Shown: piece after piece, positions 46,189 through 55,449 of the stretch
Layout of the letters: each line of letters opens with the position of its first letter
Position numbering within the stretch: position 1 is the stretch's first letter
Source of the DNA: Pelomyxa schiedti
Lineage: Eukaryota; Protista; Evosea
Assembly: GCA_020536535.1 (NCBI GenBank)
Contig: JAHLWZ010000216.1
Location: 1 to 55,449 of the forward strand
DNA length: 55,449 nt
Direction of reading: 5' to 3'
Position numbers and translations under genes: made by a program
Notes under the pieces: model-generated
Told to the model about the DNA's origin: nothing
The model's database searches: none
The model's input: only the letters and a program-made list of their open reading frames with translations

Positions 46189-47462
46189 TTATGTAAATAT
46201 GATCTGAGTAATGTTCACAAAATTTGCATTTTGCACTTTCCCAAGCATTCGTTTGCCTTTGTGGGCCTCTGTGGAGATCTGCACCCGCCAGCCAAATGGC
46301 TGAATAAAACTATCACCAGACCGGTACGCTGTCAGTTTTGTTGCTCTCAGGGGGGCCCCTCCAAAAAGTGGAAAAAACACCCAATTTGAGACTCCCAAGG
46401 CAGACCAAGTTGGGGTACGGTTGTGGCGAGGTGTGATGGATTCTCCATGCGCCTCCTCACGACCTCCGCACAACGGTTCTTCCAAAATGTGGCTAGCTTT
46501 TTTCATTCTCCTTTTTTGTTCCCTTGGGCGTGGGTGCGACGTGTGGGCGGGCTACTGGGGGGTAACAGCAGAACACTGCAGACAATAAGAGTGAGGAAGT
46601 GCTAGGGAGGCCAGGTCCAGTCACAGTATGCAATGCCATGCCATCCACACCTGCAAAATGGAGTTAGCAGTTGGAAAGAAGAACAAGGTACACGCGGCAG
46701 AGTGGAGTGCAGGAGCCCAGTGAGCAGGAGCGTAGGTGTGCAAGAGCAAAGCAAGGGGTGTTGGTGCAAAGGTGAAGCGTGTGAATGGCGGGTAAAGCCC
46801 TACATTAGTCAGTGGCATCCATTGTCCCTGTTGTTGAGTGGTAATAAAAGGGAGAGGGAATGTACCCTGGCGATAGATTGCCAGCATATGTTGTTCAGGG
46901 GGAAAAAAAAAAAAAGAAGACACATACTAGTGACACTGAAAGCAAACAGGTAGAGCCAATGACTGCAACGAGTTGTCTCCAGTCAGTCTTTCAGTAATCA
47001 GCTATTTTGTAGTGTTGTGTGGCTTACCTCAAAATGGAAGAAGCAGTAGCGAGTGAACCTTTTATGTATTAAAGGGAGCTTCGGCATCTGTAGAACGTGA
47101 ACGTGACAATTGTCTACGAATAAATTACTTTAAAATGTAGTAAATGTTGAATTAAACCAGCAGGAACGCTTCTCCTCAAATTGCTTCTGATGAGCCCTTT
47201 GTTGTTTCTCGCTGGTCTCAAGCTATGAAACTTCTCTGCCCAATATCTTGCCATAGTTCCGCAACTCCTGGGATGCTCTCTTGAGTCTCCAATACCGGTA
47301 GTAACCCAACCAGTGAAGTTTCCTGAGGTGAGTTCACTCATGGAGGGAACGGTGCCAGTTGATTGCACGTAGTTGGGATCCAAAAGAGTCAGCTTCCCCC
47401 CCACACAGCACACACACCACACACAGCACGGCAACAGGTGCAGCTCCCCTCGTAATCACCAT
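46189..47462 (-). CDS. Possible small secreted protein of unknown function (tentative, exon chain not resolved)
   Basis: MVITRGAAPVAVLCVVCVLCGGEA is signal-peptide-like. It can splice (GT..AG) to RNFTGWVTTGIGDSREHPRSCG. Further GT/AG sites and poly-T tracts lie downstream, but I recognised no domain. Confidence 0.25.
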
Positions 47463-47904
47463 AGCTCCCGTCTTCCTTGCCGTCGGCTCCACAGCAAACT
47501 CGCAGGGAGGCCAGGGGGATGCTTTGTGTGCGATCTGTCATTCAAGAACGCCAGCATGTTGTGCACAATGGGCCGTTGCTTTCTCGCGGCTAGTTTCGCT
47601 TTTGTTTCGTGTGTGCGTGATACATAGGAGCGGTTATTGAATTCAAACACTTGATGACATGCAGTGTTCTGAATTTCGTGGTTCCCTCAACAGCCGTTGT
47701 CGTTTTAACATAAGTTCTCGTAACAAACCCGATCAATGAAGAACCTCCCTCGAGCTGTGATTGACGGTCCACCCCAACCAGACCACGGCTTCCTTCTCCA
47801 CCCGGAAAGACACCTAATTCTTACGTGCATTTCTGGCACCATCATAAAAAAGGAAAGAACACGGTAGAGTTTCCACAGCCATCGGAAAAACAAAAAACGC
47901 ACAA

Positions 47905-48730
47905 ATGAGCGGCGAAACGACACCCCCAATGAAGAAAGTATGCTATTCCCTGTTGTGCACAACTTCACCTCATCACAAACACCAACCGTTGGAGACAGAT
48001 TGCCCTCTGGCCATCAGCCAGCGAATTGTCGCCTACTGGCGTCGACTGGAGCACACACCCACTCTCGCAGGTGCTCAATCCTGTGGCCATAATGACAACC
48101 CGCAACGCCGCGGGCGACACCCATAATGGCATGACTGTGGGCTGGGTCACGTGGACCAGCGCTTTCCCACCAATGGTGGCTGTGTCCGTGGCCCCAGAGA
48201 GGCACAGTTTCGCCATGGTTAATGAGAGCAAGGTGTTTGGCCTGAGTTATCTCTCAAACGAGCAAATAAAGCTTGGTGGCCAGTTTGGGTATGTTGATTA
48301 ATGTCTGTAGTTATCTATGTGGTCCTATCAGCCATACTATACTCTACAACGCACCAAACCAAATCACGTTATATTTGTTACTATTATGGGTTTTGTTTGT
48401 TTGTTTGCTTGGATGGGGCTTCCACTTCATGAACAACCCATAACCCAGAATAACACCCCAACGCGCAGGTACTTCTCTGGACGCGATGTTGACAAATTTG
48501 CAAAGTACGGCGGAGTTGAAAACTCACACTATTTTGCTGGGCCCGAGACCGGCGTCCGTCTGTTCTCGGAATCCTACAGCGCCTACGAGTGCCGGCTTGT
48601 CAATGTTGTCAAAACCGGAGACCACCACCTGTTCATTGGGGAGGTTGTTGGATGCTATCGCGGAAATTCCCGGGTCCACAACGCACTCCATTGCATTGGC
48701 CCAACTTGTCTGAATGCTGGTAACCATTGA
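47905..48730 (+). CDS. Flavin reductase-like (DIM6/NTAB, flavoredoxin-type) FMN-binding protein
   Basis: PVAIMTTRNAAGDTHNGMTVGWVTWTSAFPPMVAVSVAPERHSFAMVNESKVFGLS, FSGRDVDKF and YECRLVNVVKTGDHHLFIGEVV. Two introns. Confidence 0.9.
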
Positions 48731-48808
48731 CGCTACAACTGTTCTAGCCAACTTTGCTTTGAAATTGTTTCCTAATTGGATGGCTATGCCCCAAAGCAAT
48801 CGTTTTTA

Positions 48809-51526
48809 TTAGTCCTTGTTGTCTGTTTTTGTGGTGGTCTGTGTACTGCTGGGTGTTGTTGATGTGGTTTGTGTTTGTTGTTGGTTACTTGATTTTGCGA
48901 TATTGAGGAGTATCTCATTGATGGCCTCGGTGTACAGTTCTGGAGGAGGTGATACAGACGGTATCGGGACATCTGCTTTGGGTTTTGTTCGTGGTCTCTT
49001 GGAAGGTGAACCCCCTCTCTGATAAGAAGAACCTGGAGGAGGCGGATGCAGACGCGCGGCAGCGCAGGAAGTGTTGTTGGTGTTGTCTTCACTGCTAGCT
49101 TCTACAGGTGGGGTATCAACCTCAATGGCGGGAGTATTGTCAACATTCCGCTTTCTTCCGGCCCTGGCCCCTGGGCCCCAGTATTTTTCTGGATTGGGGA
49201 GGAACCTGGGCCCGTTTTGCTTGGACTTGGCCTTGTCTTTGGAGGAGACCTCGGGGAATTCAAGGCTTACCCTTTTTGTTGTTGTCAGTTGTGATATTGG
49301 TAGGTGAGAATGGCCAACTTGGGCTTCTGCTCCAGAATCACTGCTGCGGCCGATTTCGGGTCCTCAGGAGCTGTCTTCCCGTCAGCAATGGCCCATCTGC
49401 GCATCATGTCCCAAACAACTTCAGATGGCGCATCAGTTTTCAGGGCATCAGGGTCGTTGTGGAACTGTGATGTGTGGTAGCCTAACTTCTCAAGGAAAGC
49501 CCTGCATAGATGTATAAGAGGCATTACTAATATTGGTAAGTATTACTTGCAACCACTCCTTGGAGGGTTTGATGTGCGTAAGACATGGCAGAGAGAGGGT
49601 ACTGTCCAATATAAGGGTATATCTGGGAGTTCCTAATGAGAGCTTATGAGTCGGCATTGAGTACAACCCCAATACCTCAGACATCACGTTAAGGGTCCCT
49701 CTGATGCGGTTAAATGTGTTCAAGGAGGCTTTGTTGCGTTCTGCAAACGCTAGGCACTCGCGGAGCCACTCACGGTTATGAATGGGCTCACTGTATATGG
49801 GACCAGCAAACTGTAGGTGGGAAAAATTAACGAAAGAAAATGTCAGCAACATACATGAAGAATTTTATGGCAATGCACACAAAGAGGCGGTACTGCAACT
49901 GCTGCTGCAGGACACTTCACACAACCACCAGATGACACAGAAGCTCTCTTTCCACATGGCTGGAAGTATAATGTCTCACATCCGCTGCACTTGCATACAA
50001 ATGACAGTTTACTGTGGGTAAATTGTGATGAAATAGAAAGGACTAATAAAACAGACCCTCCAAGTTTCTTAGTTTCGTTCTGATTGGTGAACACACGTAC
50101 GAAGACTCGGATATAGAAGGCGGAATTCAGGGAAACTATTGGAACAATGTAGCGGCCCATTGGAGCTGCCTTTCTTTCAATGCATGCCAGAAGTACTCTG
50201 ATTGCCTGGGGGGGAAGGTAGGTTTTATGCATAGTTGGATCATTTCTACCATCTCTGGAAAGCATGAAGCCTTAAAATTCTGAGAACCATATCTTGCCAG
50301 ACATACTTCTGGGGAGTGCCCAGACAAAACTGCAGAGTCAGTACATGTCACAAGTAATAACCCTTTGTTTTTATTCGTTAAAAAAAACGGAATAGATAAT
50401 CAGTGCCGACCTCCATCTGCCAACCCTTTCAGTGCTGCATCTAGGAAAGGTTCCGCCGTTCCGTATGGATCCAGGTCAATGGCATCAAATTCTTGAGGAT
50501 GGTTTGCCATTAGGAGACTGTTATTAGAGGTCAATGTAATGAAATTTAGTCAAATGGCGTACTTGACATCAGATGTGCTTGAAACAACCAAACCAGGGGG
50601 GATGCAGTTCTCGGCTACATTTTTCTCTACAGCCGGAACAGACTTTGGGTCAATGTCATTTGCAATGATGGACTTGACATGTGCAACTTCTTTGGCATAT
50701 CTCACACTTCTCAGACCTGGCAAAGTGTAAAAAAAAAAAAAAAAAACACAAACAAACCAGAGGCAGCCAATCCCTCTAGAATCTTCACGCCCACTCTTTC
50801 TTGACCCGATTCCACAGAAGCAGACGAAGTAGCGTTCGCAGAAACCCCATTAGCAACAGTAGTTGTAGAAGCAGAAGTAGAAGTGGAATTGGAATTGGAA
50901 TTGGAAGAGGCGGACGATGTGCCAAGGACCGAAGCCACGCGGCTCTTCCTCCTCGAGGGCTGCTGCGCGGCCATCTCCTCCACGTAGTGCTTCGCCCACA
51001 CGTTGAGCACGACGACGGACAGGTCGCGGTTGAACTGCTGCACGGGGTTGTAGAACGTGCCCGCCGGCACCACGACCGTCACCTTGCCCTCCTTCACCGT
51101 GTGCGCCACCGTCGCGTCCGCCACCATCTTGCCCGTGTCCTGCCGCCCCCTCTTGCCCTTGCCATTGCCCTTCCCCTTCCCCTTCCCCTTGGCAGCCGAC
51201 GCCGCGCCGCCGTGGGCGTCTGCCTCCTCGTCGTATTCCTCGCCGAAGTACTCGTCGTAGGTGTCGTCCGAGGAGGCCGCGGCGCCCGGGCGCGCCGTCG
51301 CGCCGCCCGTGCCGCTGCTGCTGCCGCCGCCGCCGCCGTCGAGGATGCCGATCTCGCCCAGGAGCCCCTCCGCGTCGACGTCGTCGAGGTCCACGCCCCT
51401 GTCTCCTCCCACAATCCCGACGCGGTCTGCCGCCATCGCCGCCCCTGGTATCGTCGTAGTAGCTCCCACAATCGCGCCTTGGCTCGCCTCGGTACCTTGT
51501 TCCGCGACACCGCTCTGCTGTTGCAT
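48809..51526 (-). CDS. TRM1: tRNA (guanine26-N2)-dimethyltransferase TRM1
   Basis: FYNPVQQFNRDLSV, ILEGLAASG/LRSVRYAKEV, IANDID, FDAIDLDPYGT, GRYIVPIVSLNSAFYIRVFVRV, GPIYSEPIH, SQFHNDPDALKTDAP and PRFLPNPEKYWGPGARAG. Confidence 0.94.
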
Positions 51527-51595
51527 CACCAGACGAAAAAACGAAGTGAAAAAAATTCGGAAAATAATTTTTGTTTTTGTTGCAACAACAGATTC

Positions 51596-53636
51596 TCAAG
51601 AACCCTTGTTGGCCTTGAGGGTGCCGTGGGAGGCCAGGATTGCAGAGTCGTCGGGCCTGAGGAACACCAGATGGTGACTGAGCTGCCAGATTTTTACAAT
51701 TCCCTTGTTTGTACTTGTTGCAATGTAGCCTTGGACGGACCCTCCACTGAAAGCCACGGACGTGACTGCCGAGTTCTTGCTCACGCATACCGATGCCACG
51801 GGCCGGATTGTGCCCTCGGGGTGCGAAAGGTCGTATCTGATTATGGGTTGGTATCGTGTCTTTGGTTAGCTTGACAAGTTTTTGTTGTTAATTTCCGTAT
51901 CTTATCTTGTGGTTTCCCCTATTAAATGATACCGCGATAATTTTAATTAGTATAATATAGGCCGCGACGATAAATAGGATGATATTACATACATGTGAAG
52001 GAATCCATCCGAGCATCCAGTGGCGAAAACTGTTGGTCTTGTGGTGGACCAGGCCACACAGAGGGGAGTAGTAGACTCCCCTCCTGGAGGAACCAATACA
52101 ATGTTGGGCTTTGAAACCAGGGCATTGTGCAACCGCACTGCACCGTCAGCACACGTGCTCAGGAAAACGTTCGGGTGGGAAGGAGACGCTGCAATGCAGA
52201 AAATCGGCAGCCTCAGGTCTTCATAGTTGAACTGAACTGAGCCTGAGCTCTGAATGGGTGGCGCTTGGGCTGCTGCTGCTGCGGCTGCGTTTGTTGTTGT
52301 GCTTGCATGCGGTGTTGCTTTTTCTCTTCCCACGGCTAGTGGGGCCATGATGCTACATTTCATCAATTTTCCACCTTCAGTACCCACAACCAAGTGATTC
52401 ACTTCCTGACAGAAAAAGGACATAGCAGATAATCCAGCAACAAGTGTGGCTTGGTCTGACCTCCCCTTTAAGTGCATTAATCGGGCAATGCTCAATTTTC
52501 CAGCACCACGGATGTTTTCCCAAGCCCATACTATCACTTTTCCATCACCACTAGAGGAAGCAAGCTCTGTGGTTTTAGATCTCCCACTTGTTAGCCAGCA
52601 CAGGGCAGTTACCTTGTTGTGGGGTTTGTTCAGTAAGAAAGTGCTGAAAAATGTATCATGAAAGATGAGAAAACATACAGGCTCTCTGTGAGCATTCACA
52701 TCATTTAGATTGGTTGTACCAATAGTAGGGTCTTCAGTGGCATCGACATCTTAATCAACGTTTTTCAGTAGCCCAGACTCTCCAAAAAAGAAGAACCTAT
52801 CAATACAATCTCGCCATTGAAAGTACCAACAGCAACTATGGAAGGGCGTAATGGGTGACATAAAATACACATTGCACATGATCCCAGCTCAACAACCTGT
52901 TACCATTGTAAAGGGAAGACTGAAAGTATCTATTTGCTCACTAATTGCGGCTTGGTTTGATTTCGTAAACTTTTCTTGAATACGGCCCACATATTTGCGT
53001 ACCCACGGTGGGAACACCAACCAGAATGTGTGGGAACGCCATGTGCTGATGCCAAAATAGATCCTGTCAATATACAATGGTTATGCACAACTTTTGTAAT
53101 AGAATTTTTACCAGTACAGCTCCAAGATACACTTGTGCAAGCGTATTCCTGGGCTTCAGGGTGAGCAAATTTCAAATTTGCTGTTTGTTGAATGGAGTCA
53201 GCTGTTTCATCCCATGTTGCCACATAATTGTCAAAGACATGGCTGATGAGGTGTTGAGAGGTACCACTACATGCAGGGGGCAGTACCTTGTCAAATTTGC
53301 ATCCAGCTGCTCACAAACATCTGGCACAATTTTTTGCAGAAAGGCCTGTTTGAATAAGAATAAAAAACGTGTTGATAAGCTCAATGAAAACGAGCAAGAG
53401 TAGCCGCTACCAAGAAAACAAAAAGGAATCAAAGGCGGAAGGCAAGAAAGAACAAGGGTAATACAACACAACACAACACAACACAACACAACACAACACA
53501 ACACAACACAACACAACACAACGGATTCTCTTGTAAGCCGTACTTGTAGGAAGGTTCCTCCCTCTGCACCCAGACCTCAACCGACCTTCATTATTTTGTT
53601 GCATCTTTGGGATGTGGAGAGACAACGCGGAGCTGG
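51596..53636 (-). CDS. WDR34: WD40 dynein-2 intermediate chain WDR34/DYNC2I2-like, 5' end lost in the gap
   Basis: AFLQKIVPDVCEQLDAN, TSVSWSCTG/SILASAHG..HSGW, CHPLRPSIVAVGTFNG, AHREP/VTALCWL, SSSGDGKVIVW, VVGTEGGKLMKCS, IFCIAASPSHPNVFLSTCADGAVRL, VAWSTTRPTVFA and GIVKIWQLS. These follow the WDR34 motif order as I know it. Confidence 0.8.
53463..53522. repeat. (ACAAC)12 pentanucleotide microsatellite, probably intronic in WDR34
   Basis: Twelve perfect copies. Confidence 0.95.
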
Positions 53637-53736
53637 NNNNNNNNNNNNNNNNNNNNNNNNNNNNNNNNNNNNNNNNNNNNNNNNNNNNNNNNNNNNNNNN
53701 NNNNNNNNNNNNNNNNNNNNNNNNNNNNNNNNNNNN
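53637..53736. other. Assembly gap (100 N)
   Basis: Run of N. Confidence 1.
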
Positions 53737-54092
53737 AGCGAGAAGCCAAAGCCAAGGCCCTTGACAGCGGTTCCAATCCCAATTCAACTCCTATATAAAC
53801 GCGTTTACTTTACAATACCATCCCCAAACAACTTACACCACCCAAAGTGAACTTCTCGGTCTTCGAGCGAGTGAGGCAGATGGATGCGGCCAATGAAAAA
53901 CTACCCACCAAGTACCGCCAGAGAAGAAAGCTGTTCAGAAGCACTTCTCTACATGCTGATGGTTTACTTCATGATATCAATGATGCTAATAACGGTAGCA
54001 ATAACAATTCCCCAAGCAGTACCAGTACCAGTACCAGTACCACTACTACCACAACCACAGCACCTGGGTCCCCAGATTCGTCCTCGTCCTGA
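53737..54092 (+). CDS. 3' end of a second calcineurin A-like gene copy
   Basis: REAKAKALDS/VNFSVFERVRQMDAANEKLP...PDSSSS*, with the same intron as copy 1. Confidence 0.82.
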
Positions 54093-55099
54093 AAAAACCC
54101 AACACACCCTCAAATATAGCAAGCCAATTCCCTAGTTCAGTTCACAGCTAACACCTTCACTCAAACACTTGTGAACACTACCCTCTCAGTGACCAGCAAA
54201 AACAAAAAGTGCACACAAACAAGTAAAGTTGTTGTGTTTTGCAAATCAGATTCTTTCGATTGCCCGCGAGGTCAAGAACACTTCGAACGAGGCAGAGTAA
54301 ATTACAAAGTTGTTAAATTACAAAGTTGTTATTTTCACAGTTGAGAGGGAAAATCGAGAATGTATGGACAGAAGAGGCCAACCAGATTATCGAGAGGAGA
54401 TGCCACAGAATTCAGACTCTAGAGTCGCGATCATTGTAAGAAATCAGCAGACCGCCTGTCTTTGAAAGATGAGGTCTGCAGTGGGACACACATGGTGATT
54501 CGTATATCTCACATTTCCGTTGATGTTTCTCTCGGTGAACCACAGAAAACAGTGAAGATCTGACCTGATCAATCCAGGCGTGGTGTGATTCTGGAGCAGC
54601 AATCACACTCAGCCTGGCTGTTCTCTCCTCAACTTGATACACTTTCTCACGTGTGCATATGATGAAGGAACGAGCACCTCTGACTCGTCGGAAGCAACAC
54701 GATTGTTGAATGTCGAACACAATGCAACTTGTCGAGCTACTTTGTAGTCAACGGCACCGGAACACAGGAACGCTGGTTTGTTCATTCTTGTGGTTACATA
54801 GCCGTAAGCATCACAAGTTGTGCCTGATACGAGGAAAGAGGCCTCACCTCCAACTCGTCGCCACCAATCTCAACGTCAAACCCTTCCCATTGGTGTGTTG
54901 GGTGTGGTGTGTCGGATCCTTCCATCACTTGTTTATTTTGACGTCAAACCTGAGAACTTCCAAACAAACACTGGGGCCCCACGTGGTGACATTGAACAAC
55001 CCCAAAAAGATAGGCTTCGTTCAACTGTACCGTTGATTGTTTTCGGTTGTTCAGAACATTTGATTAATTTCGTTTTTTTTTCCCGAACGGCGGGTGTCA

Positions 55100-55449
55100 A
55101 TGGACGAGGTATTACCGCTTTTTTGTTTATGTTTTTGCTTATGGGTTCCTCTTGGTACCTGTAGTTTTGCTTGGTTTTTTTTGCTCATTTTTTTGTAGAG
55201 CACCTCGGTGAAAATTACCAACCTAAATGGAGCAGTAACGTCACAAGAAGTTGTGGACTTTGTATCATATTGTGGGGAAATCAAGTCTGTTTCAATTGGA
55301 AGGTGAAGAAGTGCCCGTAGTGTCATCTCGGAATTGTTTGGTGTTGAGATACAACAAAAATCGTTGCATTCTTCGTTGAGGCTCTTGCTGATCATTTCTA
55401 CTTGCAGCAACCTGGAAGCTGCTGATGGAACACAGGAGGCAATCGTCAC
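55100..55449 (+). CDS. 5' part of a second Vip1/BPA1-like RRM gene copy (runs off the window)
   Basis: ATG GAC GAG, intron, STSVKITNLNGAVTSQEVVDF... identical in protein to 3878 onward. Confidence 0.78.

Larger units (their letters stand above)
53737..55449 (+). repeat. Diverged second copy of 2516-4234 (offset about 51.2 kb)
   Basis: Direct DNA similarity from agcgagaagccaaagcc to gaggcaatcgtcac, with SNPs, indels and one non-homologous block of about 100 bp. Confidence 0.95.

Noticed and set aside
1-55449. Non-standard genetic code or stop read-through to explain the fragmented ORFs
   Set aside because: In the genes I reconstructed, the in-frame stops fall within GT-AG (or one GC-AG) introns, and the long intronless ORFs read normally with the standard code.
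1-55449. Bacterial contamination or endosymbiont contig
   Set aside because: Spliceosomal introns are present throughout, alongside eukaryote-specific genes (Rho, F-box, PIG-W, WDR34, calcineurin).

Overview
This is a gene-dense stretch of an intron-rich eukaryotic microbial genome, not a prokaryote. Introns are short (about 40-100 nt, GT-AG), intergenic gaps are often 70-350 bp, and there are two 100-N scaffold gaps. The gene content suggests an anaerobic flagellated protist, possibly an archamoeba such as Pelomyxa. That is inference from a dynein-2 subunit, bacterial-type enzymes and my recollection of the lineage-specific 'ARDQF' family, and I cannot verify it here. I reconstructed about 20 genes by eye across exons, so exon boundaries are approximate. 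In order: calcineurin A-like phosphatase, Vip1/BPA1-like RRM protein, an atypical Rho GTPase-Kelch-F-box fusion, M28 peptidase, ankyrin-MYND protein, two intronless paralogs flanking a pseudogene, a 730-aa double-module orphan, a secreted glycoside hydrolase, an ABCB/MDR transporter with an RS-rich head, a secreted SnoaL/NTF2-like protein, a single-pass protein with tandem solute-binding-like modules, an RluD-like pseudouridine synthase, a Crinkler-like NTPase+nuclease-fold protein, PIG-W, a SEL1-repeat protein, a distorted tRNA-like element, a 49-bp/440-bp nested repeat, a flavin reductase, TRM1 and WDR34. After the last gap is a diverged second copy of 2516-4234. The strongest candidates for novelty are the probably GTPase-deficient Rho + six-Kelch + C-terminal F-box protein (a RhoBTB-like design wired to SCF), the Crinkler-like protein, the tandem-PBP receptor-like protein and the double-module orphan. 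I found no CRISPR array and no intact mobile element.
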